Shown piece after piece: positions 41,998 through 55,689 of a stretch of 64,000 nt of DNA. The position numbers and the translations under genes were made by a program. Where the stretch lies: positions 50,778,001 through 50,842,000 of the forward strand of contig OX597823.1 in assembly GCA_951406725.2 (NCBI GenBank), in the 5' to 3' direction. The notes beneath the pieces are model-generated. The model worked only from the letters and a program-made list of their open reading frames with translations. It ran no database searches and was not told the origin of the DNA. Positions within the stretch are counted from its first letter, which is position 1; every line of letters starts with the position of its first letter. The stretch is from Octopus vulgaris (Eukaryota).

Positions 41998-42134
41998 CAT
42001 CAAAAATACCTTAGTAATGAGAACCCGTGTTCGAAATTTCTCCAAGGCACCTGAAGAGGACTGGAGAATATATCAGTCGAAACGTTGTGTTGACAACAAA
42101 CAAGATGAGGAAAATATCCGTCAAACGTAAATAA
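41864..42134 (+). mobile_element. tRNA-headed, HHR-containing SINE-like unit (right copy; HHR 42047-42090)
   Basis: GGCATAGTAGTCAAGAGCGC...AAGTTCGATTCC, then (TAA)n, then GCAC-CTGAAGA-G-GACTG..CAGTC-GAAA-CGTT-GTGT. Confidence 0.75.
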
Positions 42135-42404
42135 ACTACATAATTCCTAATCTCTTAAATATAGAACTGTATCCGTTTCGGGGATTAACAGATATGTGGG
42201 TATTATATTTCACATTCTGCACAAAAGAACATAACGAGTATATCTGAAGGTAAACTCGTAGCATGTGTATGCACATAAAAAATAATACTTTAAGGATACA
42301 ACCAATACACAAGCAGGGTATAAAATATACTTCTTTAATTATCACCTACTTAAGTTAAAATTATCATTCTGAAGGAACTACATGTGTTTCAGTATTGGAA
42401 GATT

Positions 42405-42442
<38 letters not shown>

Positions 42443-44812
42443 TATGATATGCATATATACATACATATATGTTCATACCTACATAATTATGTATATATAC
42501 ATGCATATATAGGTACAGGACATCAAAAAACGTTGAACACAATGAGAAACGAAAACATAAAAACAAAAACATAGAAACGAACTTTTTTTCACACAACGGA
42601 AAAAACAAAAAGAGAAATGAGGCATGCAACATAAATAATATTTCCCTTCATCAGTTGTCCCTGTTTTTTCCTACTCCGCGTCACAAAGGCAAGGACAATA
42701 CGCAACTTCGTTGAAACACTCCTTCCCGCAAAGCAAATTGAATATAATAAGCTAGACTTCCTAGCGTTCGTAATAATTTTTATATCGTCTTTGCTTAACA
42801 TCCCTCACCGGTTATTTTTTACTGTTTTGTTCTCACTGTCCTGTTCTTGTTACCACTTTCCCCCTCCTAAAAAAAAAACCCAAATTTTATTTAATTTGTT
42901 TTGCGGAAGCACCGCCTCGAAGACATTTTAGTCGAATAAATCGACCACAGGACTTAATTTATAAAAGCTGGTACATAATCTATGGATACCTTTTACCGAA
43001 CCGCTGAGTTACGGGGACGTAAACACACCAACAGTGGTTGTCAAGCAGTGATGGGAGAGGGACAAACGCGGACACAAACAAAGATACACCAGACACACAC
43101 ATACACTCACTCGCGGGCGCGAACGCACACGCACGCACGCACACACATACACACACACACACACACACTCACAAATCCTCTAACAAGGACCTTGTCGGCC
43201 AGAGGCTACAGCAGAAGACACTTGACGAAAGCGTCACGTTGTGAGACTGATCCCCGAAACCAGCCTTACCACACAGCCACTCCTTCACCTGTTATATATA
43301 CAATTTCAAAAAATTTAGAATAAATCTCAATGAAATTCATAATTTATATCCGTGGTTCTCATTCTCAACCGGGTCTATATGTCCTCTGAGGGAGTGCATA
43401 TTTGATTTTGTTGTTAAAATGTATGTGCAAAAAGTTAGTTATACTTCTGGTAAGAAGCTTTCAAACCACATGGTTCCACATTTCGTCCCACTGTGTGGAA
43501 CTTTGGGTAGGTATCTTCTACTATATCCTTGGGCCGACCAAAGCCTTTTGAAAGGATTTGGTAGACGGAAACTGAAAGAAGCCCGTCGTATATGTAGAAT
43601 ATGAGGGGTTTAGTTCACTTGTGATCTAAACGAATAGATACGCTGAGAAAATGCTATAGTTGGTTGTCTGTTAGGTTCACAGCTTAGGCTGGGTCTAGGG
43701 AACCATATTAGGGTTCCGTTATAACAGGTACCTTACCCTAATTAAATTATTGTAAATGGCTTGAGATATTCGTTCTGCCTTGGTTTTGCGTTTTCCACTA
43801 ATGTGATATATAAAATAATATAATATAATATAATATAATATAATATAATATAATATAATATAATATAATATAATACAATATAATATAATGTAATATAATA
43901 CTACCTACTACCTGCTACCAAGCCTTCACAAGAGTAAAAAGAGAGAGAGAGACCGATGCAAAAAGGAAAAATGTCCCTTGTATATGAAAACTATGGAAAT
44001 ATTTTAAAAAACACTTCATCTAATTTTTCCAGAATTAAATTGTTTTTCATGCTTTACTCCAAGTTGAAAAAGGCGCTAAGTCTGAAACCGGTACTAAAAT
44101 GTTCTTCATGATAAAGTTATTTTAGTATTTTCTATCTTGTCTTATTTTCCTTATACATATCAACTCGTGTTGATATGTACAAGGAACACACATACACACA
44201 CACACACATATGTATATGTATATATCTATATATATATGTGTTTTTTTGTTAGTGTTTGTCCACCCATCAGCACTTAACAACCGGTGTTGGTGTATTCATG
44301 TCCTCATAACTTAGAAGTTCTGCAAAAGAGACAGATGGAATAAGTACTAGGCTCAAGAAAGAAATAAGTCTTGGGGTCGATTTTTTCCACTTCAACCTTT
44401 TAAGGCGGTGCTCTAGCATGGCCGCAGTCAAATGACTGAAACAGTAGAATAAAAGAAGGAAAGACTACACAAAATATTTTAACAAGTTTTATTCTTAAAG
44501 ATATTTGATATAGAAATATTTATTAAATAGTGAGTGGTTGTGAAGGTCCATCAAAAGCCAAATAGAAATCAAAGGTGACCATAAATAAGAAAAAAAAATG
44601 GTTGCGAACCACTCTCTTAGGGGAAAAATTTTGACTTAGGTTTCAACGGTAACGATAAATAGATAAATAACAATAAACAACCCAGTTCAGGTCACGTGTT
44701 TCTGCTTCGGTAATGCAATGCCCTTTTCACCGCTGAATAAAATGTAAATAATCTAATCGCTGAAATCTATAAAAGTATAAGAATATGCAATTACAGTGTG
44801 TGCGCGCATGTG

Positions 44813-44855
<43 letters not shown>

Positions 44856-44856
44856 C

Positions 44857-44888
<32 letters not shown>

Positions 44889-45182
44889 GATATACATATG
44901 TATATATATATATACGTATCTATATATATATGATTCACACACACATATGCATGCACATATATCATGTAATCACATGACCGAGCAGACTATCAAATGTTGT
45001 TACACATCGCTGATCACAATGCGCCGGCTGATCGAAGGTGGGACTGGAGCAACGTGAAATGAGTTGTTTTGTTCAAGAACACAACGCGCCGCCCGGTCTG
45101 GGAATTGAACCCACGACCTAGCGATCGTGGTGCAACACTGACTAGTAGGCCACATATATATATTATTTTATACTTTTAAATG

Positions 45183-45214
<32 letters not shown>

Positions 45215-45270
45215 AACACACACACACATAGATATTAATATATATATGCATAGGTATATCTGTCATTTAT

Positions 45271-45310
<40 letters not shown>

Positions 45311-45965
45311 ACTATCTATCTATCTATCTTTATGTTCATTTGGTTATTTATGCACATATATGCATATATACATTCATACATGTGTGTATGTGTGTGTATG
45401 TGCGCGCATATGTGTGTGTATGTGTGTGTGTGTGCGTGTGTGTGTGTGTGTGCGTGCATTTGTGTGTTTCTAAATACATGCACATACCGAGAGAAGTGAG
45501 AGAAAGAAAAGAGAGAGAGAGAGAGAGAAGGAAAGAGGGAGAGAGAGAGAGAAGGAGTAAGACAGAGGCAGAAGGAGGGGAAAAAAGAAAGATAATTTAT
45601 AAGAGAGGAGCAGGCCAGCAAATAGTTTCCTTGCTGTAAACTTTGTTGAATCAAGATGTTTTCATGTTTTATGACTTTACCAGGCAAATGCTGTTGTCAT
45701 ATTTTTGTTGATCTGACATCTAACAGCTGCGTTTGTTAATTCTATGTGACAGCCATCTTGGTAAGGTCGGCGTCTCGGTGAAAAAGTCCCTTTGACGAAC
45801 GGCAGTTTATTTGCGTGTCACTTCTCTTGATATCACATCGTTTCACCTCCTCTGATTTTCTCACTTTGAATCCATCTAGCTACCCATCAGTCTATCTGTC
45901 TGTCTGTCGGTCTGTCGGTCTCTGTATCTCTCTGTCTCTGTCTCTCTCTCTCTCTTTCCTCGAAA

Positions 45966-46035
<70 letters not shown>

Positions 46036-46235
46036 CATTCATATATATGTCTACACACATACGCACGCACGCACACTCATACACGCACACACACATATTT
46101 ATACGTACATGTACGCACATGTATATGTAAGTGTGTGTGTGTGTGTATATATATATATATGCACATGTGTGTGTATATATATATATATGCACATGTGCGT
46201 GCATGTATGTATAGATATATGTATACATACATACA

Positions 46236-46301
<66 letters not shown>

Positions 46302-46965
46302 TATATATACGTATATATACTCACACATCGATTGACCGATCGACCTATCTTGTAGTTATATTCTCTCTTAGTCAAATGCATCACGTATTGCATAGTTATG
46401 ATTCACACGAAAAGCCCAATGAATGACGTCAATGTACTTTGATTCAAGGATGTTCAGTAGATGGAATATAACCTAACTGAGTGGCGTGTTGCTGTATACT
46501 TTATGTCGTTGGTCATATGTTCACCCTAGTTTCGCTCCTTTTGGGTTTTAGAACCTGCAGAACGATACCAGGAATACATATGATATGCGGACAAAATTTC
46601 CCAGGAATGCCTTACCATTAAGTACATATAGTTAAATTTAAGTGGAGGTAAGCATTTTATGTGGAAAAAAAAAAGAGAGAGAATTATCCGAAATTAAATC
46701 CAAGTGGTTCCGAGTTTAGGCCCACTAGATGGCACCCTAGATTAAGTGCCTTCTACAATAGCCTAGTGATGATCAAGGCCTTGTGAGTGGAATTCGTAAA
46801 CGCAAACTCAGAGAAGCTTATATATAATATATATATATATATATATATCACCGTGATCACCGTGACCGACTAGGCTATCAGATGTTGCTACACATCGCTG
46901 GTCACAATGCGCTTCGCATTGTTTTAGCCTTCAAATGACGCCACCCCGCTGGCTAAGTGAGCAGG

Positions 46966-47028
<63 letters not shown>

Positions 47029-47198
47029 GTATACTGAACTACAAAAGAAACGTCGAACTGTAAAAGATTATTTGTTTCACACACGATATTGAAATTATAT
47101 TGATTTTATCATATGGATTATATGGGTTTTGTATTGTCCAATGTATGTTCAACTATATTGTTAATAAAGAACAAATTCGTTTCTCGAACGCAGCAAGC

Positions 47199-48090
47199 AT
47201 GCCAAGACTGACATGAAATCAGAGGGTGTTAGTCCATGAGTCATTGCTAATGACTTGGACTGCAGTATTCGGACATATGAGCGGCTGAAGGAACGATACA
47301 ATGCCACGAACTGCACAGATGATCGTTCACGCAGTGGCCAACTGAGGGTTACAACTGCACGTTAAGATCGCCACCTGCACAGACAGCACTTGCAGGACCG
47401 ATTCTGGAGGGCAACGGAATCGATTAGATAGCTTACCACAGATTCATTTGTGCAGAGACAGTTCGCCGCTGGCCGAAATCTTTCAATCTGTCTTGTCGAC
47501 GTCCGGCTTGGGGCCCCATCCTCACAGATCGTCATCGACGGGTACGTCTGCAGTGGCTCAAAAGCATCAGAACTGGCTATGTCAGCAGTAGCAGACTGTA
47601 GTCCTCTCTGACGAAAGTCGATACTGCAATTCTGTGGTAGATGGCAGAGCTAAGGTTTGGAGAAGAAGGGGTGAACACCATGCCGATGGCTGTGGTGGAA
47701 AGAGACTCAAGGGGAGAACAGAACATCATAGTATGGGGCGGGATTGCACTCAACCAGAAACATTGACCAAGTGTTGAGGCCTCACATTGTGCCATACTTT
47801 ACCCGTCATCGAAATCACGTATTTCAACACAACTCTCGTACCCATACTGCCAAGTTGACAAGAGACTTACCCAACTGCACAACATCTAAAAATTACCATG
47901 GCCTGCCATAAGTCCGAACTCAAACCCCATTGAGAAACTGTGTGACAAAATCCAAAGAAGGCTAAATGACATCCGTCCAAGGCCGACAACTGGTTTAACA
48001 GAGTGTGGGCCGCCATCCCCATGGCCTTCTTCAATCGTTTGGTGCATTCAATGTACAGAAGATGCCTGGAAGTAATCAACGCTAACGGTC
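47199..48090 (+). pseudogene. Decayed Tc1-family transposase
   Basis: MPRL..., IANDLDCSIRT, DRSRSGQLRVTTAR*DRHL, PILTDRHRR.RLQW, SDESR, IVWGGI, LPWPAISPNSNPIEKL, RRCLEVINANG. Confidence 0.85.
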
Positions 48091-48262
48091 TCTTTGGATC
48101 CAGAAGACTCCGCCATCACGTGACACCATGTGACGTCAAACATGTTTCAGGAAATGACGTTTTATCATTAGGAAAGAACGTTTCATAATTAGCACTCTTC
48201 AATCAATGCTATGGCAATCTTTTTAATAAACCGGTTTCTATTTAGTATGTCTATTTAGTATG

Positions 48263-49172
48263 AAAAGCAAAGTCAGCCTCTGCAGAATTTGAAATTAGAA
48301 CTTAAAGACGGATGAAATTGCGCTGAACATTTTGGCCCGGTGTGCCAAATCGCAGCCTAAGGGGTTGATAAAATAGTGGCTTCACACTTTGGCACAAAGC
48401 CAGTAATTTCGAGGTAGAAGATAAGTCGATAACATTGACCCCAATGCACAAAGGGTAGCGATTTTATCGACCCCGTAATGATGAAAGGTAAAATCGACCA
48501 TGGAGGAATTTGAACTCAGAATGTAAAGACGGACAAAATATCACTTAGCATTTTGCTCGGCGTGGTAACGATTCTGCCAGCTCACCGCCCAAAAGAGCAC
48601 CAGTAAAATGTTAGTTGTTTGTGTTAGTAGGCGACAATTAAATCTTGATGTCTTCCGATGATGCAGCTTTTCTATTACTGTGATATCAGCGTGTATATAT
48701 TCTTTTCTACTCTAGGCACAAAGCCCAACATTTTTGGGGAAGGAGCCAGTCGATTAGATAGATTCTAGTACGCAACTGGTTCTTAATTTATCGACCCCGA
48801 AAGGATGGAAGGCAAAGTCGACCTCGGCGGAATTTAAACTTAGAACGAAATACTGACAAAAGACAGTAAGAGCAGACGAAATTCCTATTTCTTTACTACT
48901 CCCAGGGGGGGGGGGCTAAACACAGGAGGGAAGAACAAGGACAGAAAAACGGATTAAGTCGATTATATCGACTCCAGTGCGTGACTGGCACTTATTTAAT
49001 CGACCCCGAAAGGATGAAAGACAAAGTCGACCTCGGCGGAATTTGAACTCAGAATGTAACGGCAGACGAAATACCTATTTCTTTACTACCCACAAGGGGC
49101 TAAACACAGAGGGGACAAACAAGGACAGGCAAAGGAATTAAATTGATTACATCGACCCCAGTGCGTAACTGG
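48263..49172 (-). mobile_element. Tandem cluster of SINE family B copies and partial copies
   Basis: Repeated ATCGACCCCGAAAGGATG.AAG.CAAAGTCGACCTCGGCGGAATTTGAACTCAGAA units. Confidence 0.8.
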
Positions 49173-49528
49173 ATGTATATATACAGCCATATACATACAT
49201 ATGCACACACATATACACTTACACACGCGCGCACGCACACATACACACACACAAACATGCACATGCGCGCACGCACATGTAAAATTGTCCAAGATATGTT
49301 GATTTTTTTATCAGCCCAACAACGTATAAATTTATCCGAGGGGCGATCTGTTTGCCTCTGTATGTATGTATGTATGTATGTATGTATGTATGTATGTATG
49401 TATGCATGCATGTATGTATGCATGCATGTATGTATGTATGTATGTATGTATGTATGTATGTATGCATGCATGCATGCATGTATGTATGTATGTATGCATG
49501 CATGCATGTATGTATGTATGTATGTATG

Positions 49529-49574
<46 letters not shown>

Positions 49575-50264
49575 TCTATCTGTCTACCTAATTCTTTATC
49601 TCGATACCTATCTATCCACTCGAATAACAACGACGAAACAATCCTTCCGCATAGGCCAGAAACGCCTGACCCGACTCCCCCTTAAAATTCCACCCTTTCA
49701 TTCCACACGTCCCACTTACCTTCATAAGTGTCCGGTGGCTTTTATTTAATTATTATGCTTGAAAAGAGACCTGAATGAAGACGGAAACATTTAGTATGAT
49801 TCTGTTAGGTAGAACAGATTAGGTATTCCCATAGGATATGTGATCCTCAAGAAGTGTCTACGTCACCGAGCAAAGATTATATTCCTATTTGAGGCTCGTT
49901 ATCTCAGTTACTGCAGAGCTCTGACAGTCAATTAAGTTGTGAATCTCCTTATATCGGGTTCTGTTCGCTTAATGAAATATTGCATGGTGAGCAGAACTAT
50001 AGTGGACCAGGCTAGCCTGAAAGATATCGAGCCTGCCCATCAGTGTGTGTTTATATGCATGTATGGATGAGTGTATGAGTACATCTGTCTATATAAGTTT
50101 GTATGTACGTACGTATGGATAAGTGTGTTGCGTAGGTGCATTCTTATATGTATTTATGCATGTACCTACGTGTAAGTCCTGACGTATGAATGCATTTGCA
50201 TGCATATACGTTGCTATAAGTCTCTCCCCTGTCGCTCAGCTTTTCTCTCTCCTACCCCTCTGAC

Positions 50265-50307
<43 letters not shown>

Positions 50308-50400
50308 GTATATATATATATATAAATATGTATACATGTGTCTGTGTATTTATACGTATATACATACACCCACACACCATCACACACACACACCCATATG

Positions 50401-50440
<40 letters not shown>

Positions 50441-50569
50441 TATATATATATACAGGCGTAGGTGTGGCTTTGTAGTAAAAACTTTGCTTCCCATCTGCAT
50501 GGTTCCATGTTCAGTCCTACAGTGTAGCACCTTGGACAAGTGTCTACCATAGCCTCAGGCTGATCAAGT

Positions 50570-50970
50570 ACTTCGTTCTGTCCGGCCAGTTGAGTTCGAG
50601 AAAGACCGATTAAACCAACTTTTGCACGAAAATTCTCGTCAAACGACAAGGTTACTGGCAGAGAAAATGGAATGCTCCCACATTGCTATAGAGAAGCATC
50701 TTCACTCGATGGGAAAGGTTCAGAAGTATGGATCATGGGTTCCACATGCTTTGAGTGTCAACAGCAAAAATCAACAACCCACAATCTCCGCTGGTTTGCT
50801 TGCTCGTCACCGCTCAACTCATGGACACAAGCAGCGATTTCTTTACCGAATCGTTACTGGCGACGAAAAATGGTGCTTGTAAATCAATACGAATCAGCGT
50901 AAAGAATGGCTTAGTCCCGGTAAACAAGCAACACCGCGGTTGTGAAAAAAAGATCTTCATCCACGTAAAA
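50570..50970 (+). mobile_element. Mariner (Mos1/Hsmar-like) transposase fragment
   Basis: RQTTRLLAEKM..SH.AI..HLHSMGKVQKYGSWVPHALS...RFLYRIVTGDEKWCL (WVPHEL motif and first catalytic D). Confidence 0.9.
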
Positions 50971-51164
50971 AGTAATACTGAAATAGCGTAAGAAATAAGA
51001 GATTGCTCCTGGCTCGCATTAGTCAAGAAGTTGAAAATATCTTTGACCCATGACACTGCATAGACTCTAAGTAAGACATGTGTAAAATTTGAATGAAATC
51101 GATTAGGTAGTTCTCGAGTTTTAGTGATGCACACATACAGACAGACACACACACATTCTCAGTT

Positions 51165-51212
<48 letters not shown>

Positions 51213-51387
51213 TAAATATTAGGGAATAAATCCAAATTTACAGGGAAAAAATCAGATTTAGGATTAAATCCAATTTTATAGTAAAATATTATAAAATATT
51301 ATTAGAGACAAAACCACTATTTTGCAAAACAAACAAGGAAAGACTTAATCAATACATAAAATTTTAATAAATAGTCAAAAAAAACCG

Positions 51388-51430
51388 CCACTACAATTGT
51401 TTCTTGTCTTGATCGACAATCTTCAGGTGG
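51388..51430 (-). ncRNA. Minimal type I hammerhead ribozyme motif
   Basis: Exact reverse complement of 54972-55014. Confidence 0.75.
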
Positions 51431-52039
51431 ACTTCCAATCTAAAATATCAATATTTTAAAATATAAAAATAATAATTTTAAAATAATTAAAGTATGATTG
51501 AAAAAATATAAATATATAATCCATATATAACCTATATATAATCCATATATAATCAATATATAAACAATATATAAACTAAAATAAACCTATCAACAATTAA
51601 ATATAAAATATAAAATATAAAATATAAAATATAAAACAAAAGAAAATAATAATAATATAATAATAAACTATATATACACCCATACACATATACCTAATTA
51701 TATATAACCATATCTAACTACATACACTAAATCACACACCTATATATATATCCCTATACATACACATAAAAACGTCTAGGCAACTATAAATAAATAAAAT
51801 AGCTAAATACTTCAACACAAAACTTATTCATACTCTCACACACACACACATACAACCCACATTCACGCTCTAGAAAACGGACATCACTTAAAATTATGAA
51901 CGGAGAAATGGAATAAATGGAATTAAAAATTATATTCACTTGGTAAAACGAACACTACTTAAAAATTATGAATGAAACAATGCAATAAAACAACAGACAT
52001 CGCAAATAGACACAAATTACTACGAATTCCTTAACAAAC

Positions 52040-52965
52040 CTACCATGATAAACCAAAACTCATAAAAACATATAATGATAAAATCTCCCTTTACTAAACT
52101 CTATAACATACCTATATAGCAATCCCCCTAACCTAAACATTCACACACAAATACACACACATAAACCACACACCCACGACATATACAAATACCCACACCA
52201 CTTACACATACCTATACATACATATAAACCTCAACATATACTCCAAAAACCCACTCAACCCCACACAGACAAATAAACACAAAAATTATGAATGGATTCT
52301 TTTATAAAACTACCATGATAAGCTAAAACTCACAAAACATAAATGATAAAACCTCCCTTTACTAAACACTATAACATACTTATATAGCAATCCCTTTAAC
52401 CTATACATTCACACACAAATACACACACGTAAACCACATACCCATAACAAATACAAACACCCACCCCACTCACACACACCCACAAGTACATATAAGCCTC
52501 AACATATACACCAAACAAAATTACTTTACCAAGGAACTTAACATATGTATAAAAAATATATAACCGCTCTGGAAACGAACATCTTTAAAACAATGAATGG
52601 AGAAATGGAATAAATGGAATTAAAAATAATATTCACGTGGCAAAACGAACACCACTCAAAAATTATGAATGAAACAATGTAATAAAACAACCAACATCGA
52701 AAATAGACAAATTACCACGAATTCCCTAAAAAAAAAAAAAAAAAAACCATGATAAACCAAAACTCTTAAAAACATATAACGATAAAATCTCCCTTTGCTA
52801 AACTCTATAACAAACCTATATAGCAATCCCCCTAACCTAAACATTCACACACAAAAAAACACACACGTAAACCACAGACCCACAACTTATACACATACCT
52901 ATACTAACTTATAAACCTCAATATACACCAAAAACCCACTCCCTCCCCACACAGACAAATTAACA
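52040..52965. repeat. Diverged tandem repeats (~270-440 bp units) inside the inverted-repeat element
   Basis: ACCATGATAA.C.AAAACTC...TCCCTTT.CTAAAC.CTATAACA.AC.TATATAGCAATCCC recurs at ~52042, ~52312 and ~52746. Confidence 0.8.
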
Positions 52966-54971
52966 CATACATCCCAAAACCTAAATAACAAACCCATATA
53001 CACATTCACACACAAACACACACACACGCAAAACACACACACACAACAGATACATATACTCCCTCAATATACGCATATACATACTCACTAAACTCGATAT
53101 ATACAACAATATTTACACACCCACACTCATACAGATAAATAAATTATACAACTAAAAAGTCACACACAATCTCATATACATAAACACTCCAATAAAAAAC
53201 AACATTAAATACATCGTAATTAACCAGAATATCAAAAATAACAATATGACATAAGGAGAAATAAAATACATACTTACAAGTCAGTTTCAAATTATGAAGT
53301 GAAATTAAATTCTTAGCCGTTAAAAAAATCAAACCAAAATTACGTTACCATAGAAATATAACTTATGTAAAAAAAGAATACGCGCCATGGAAAGTAAACG
53401 TCATTTAAAATTATGAATGGAGAAATAGAATAAATGGAACTAAAAACTATATACACGTGGCAAACCATCACTACTTAAAAAAAAAAAAAAATTTATTATG
53501 AATGGATTCTTTAATAAAACTACCATAATAATAAATTATTATATACATTTATGAGCTTTAGCTCATCTTAGCAGCTCTAACAAACAACTTGCAGTAACCC
53601 AAATCTATTCTCGATGCCTGCCTTACTACTACACTATTCCATTCCCAATTCCAAGCAACGCTAGCCCACCACCCGGTTACAATTCCCAACTCCACCCATT
53701 CATTCACAATTTCAACGACGTTCACCTCCACAACGCTACATATAAGCTTCAACATATACACCGGAGATTCGCTTTCACATCCGTGCGGATGGGTGAGAGT
53801 ATACATTAAGTGTAGTGATGGGGCTCCCATTACTATACACATTTGTACCTGTGTGGTAGTCTCCATGTGTATATTCACGCACGGGTATAAATGCAGGGGG
53901 TACACGCGCACGGCATGTACGTGTACCCCCTCACATGTACATATGCATGCTAGTTGGGCTCGATATGTGCAACAATGTAATCGCGCCCGCATACATGCAT
54001 ATGGGTGAATTGCACAATCAAAATACGCACACGTGTTTGTGCGTTCCCTGGTTGTGCAATTCACCCATCTGGGTGTGAGTGGGTGTATGCGTATTGCTGT
54101 GGATGTCGAGCTTAATACGTATGTATATGAGTGTGTATTGGGGGGTTGTACGTATTTATTGTGTGCATGTGCTTCACGCACGTGCGTCCATGTATGGATG
54201 AATATATTGGGATTGCTATGTGGGTGTGGGTGTGTGGTTTATGTGTGTGTATTTGTGTGTGAATGTTTAGGTTAGGGAATTGCTATATAGGTATGTTATA
54301 GAGTTTAGTAAAGGGAGATTTTATCATTATATGTTTTTATGAGTTTTGGTTTATCATGGTAGGTTTGTTAAGGAATTCGTAGTAATTTGTGTCTATTTGC
54401 GATGTCTGTTGTTTTATTGCATTGTTTCATTCATAATTTTTAAGTAGTGTTCGTTTTACCAAGTGAATATAATTTTTAATTCCATTTATTCCATTTCTCC
54501 GTTCATAATTTTAAGTGATGTCCGTTTTCTAGAGCGTGAATGTGGGTTGTATGTGTGTGTGTGTGGGAGTATGAATAAGTTTTGTGTTGAAGTATTTAGC
54601 TATTTTATTTATTTATAGTTGCCTAGACGTTTTTATGTGTATGTATAGGGATATATATATAGGTGTGTGATTTAGTGTATGTAGTTAGATATGGTTATAT
54701 ATAATTAGGTATATGTGTATGGGTGTATATATAGTTTATTATTATATTATTATTATTTTCTTTTGTTTTATATTTTATATTTTATATTTTATATTTTATA
54801 TTTAATTGTTGATAGGTTTATTTTAGTTTATATATTGTTTATATATTGATTATATATGGTTTATATATAGGTTATATATGGATTATATATTTATATTTTT
54901 TCATTCATACTTTAATTATTTTAAAATTATTATTTTTATATTTTAAAATATTGATATTTTAGATTGGAAGT

Positions 54972-55014
54972 CCACCTGAAGATTGTCGATCAAGACAAGA
55001 AACAATTGTAGTGG
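54972..55014 (+). ncRNA. Minimal type I hammerhead ribozyme motif
   Basis: Stem I CCAC/GTGG, core CTGAAGA, stem II TTGTC-GATCAA-GACAA, GAAA, palindromic CAATTG stem III, GTA cleavage triplet. Confidence 0.78.
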
Positions 55015-55689
55015 CGGTTTTTTTGACTATTTATTAAAATTTTATGTGTTGATTAAGTCTTTCCTTGTTTGTTTTGCAAAATAGTGGTTTTGTCTCTAAT
55101 AATATTTTATATATATATATATATATATATGTTTGTCTCAAAGCCGTAGGGCGCCTGTGTCATCCATGTTTTTAATCGTTACTGTCCCCAAAAAAGATTT
55201 TTTGTTTCCTGTTCGTCTCTGTTGCGTTTCATTCTTTCCTTCTGTGGCTGGCTGATTCAGAGCGGATATCAGAATTAAACAGCCGAAATCTGCGATGAGG
55301 CATCAGTTTCTGACTGAAGAATGAAGGCTTGAATGACCTGTTTGTCTTTTTGTTCGTCTCTTCGTGTATTTCACGTTATTTATTTATATAAAGGTCTATT
55401 ATATATATATATATATATATATATAATTATACATGGTAAAATAAGGATTCAGATAGAATCAGGTACTTGAAAAGATACGCATCATGTAGGGTTAAATAAA
55501 CCTGTGGTTCCGGCCCATGCTTGGTAAATATCAAATAGGACATTCCAGTTGTGAGCACAGAGAAAAGCAACCCCATGAGTATTTAGCGCCTAGTGGCTGG
55601 TTCAAAGCACGCGTTACGTTGAATTGTACGTTGTTGGTATGTTCTAGGGTGTCCGAAAAATCGTAAATCCCCTTGGTGTATTATAATTG

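Larger units (their letters stand above)
51291..55110. mobile_element. 3.8 kb inverted-repeat element (~885 bp arms) with an HHR in each arm; probably Penelope-derived
   Basis: 51291-~52177 is the near-identical reverse complement of ~54226-55110. The spacer holds diverged tandem repeats and a hairpin-rich core. Confidence 0.85.

Noticed and set aside
42641-42660. CTGATGA-AGG-GAAA on the minus strand (similar at 131-150)
   Set aside because: No stem II can form between the core segments, so it is not counted as a hammerhead.
44061-44097. Degenerate HHR-like TTGAAAA..GAAA-CCGG-TA
   Set aside because: It has two core mismatches and a very short stem I, so it cannot be told from chance without a family alignment.
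45615-45830. Unique stretch with a YY1-like GCCATCTT, an E-box and a GTAAGG donor-like site
   Set aside because: Short motifs alone are not enough to call a promoter or exon.
48263-49172. Regularly spaced repeats that superficially resemble a CRISPR array
   Set aside because: The context is eukaryotic, the units are tandem SINE family B fragments rather than repeat-spacer units, and there are no cas genes.
53558-54181. 207 aa minus-strand ORF
   Set aside because: It has no recognisable domain, and its composition reflects the hairpin-rich, CA/TG-rich sequence.
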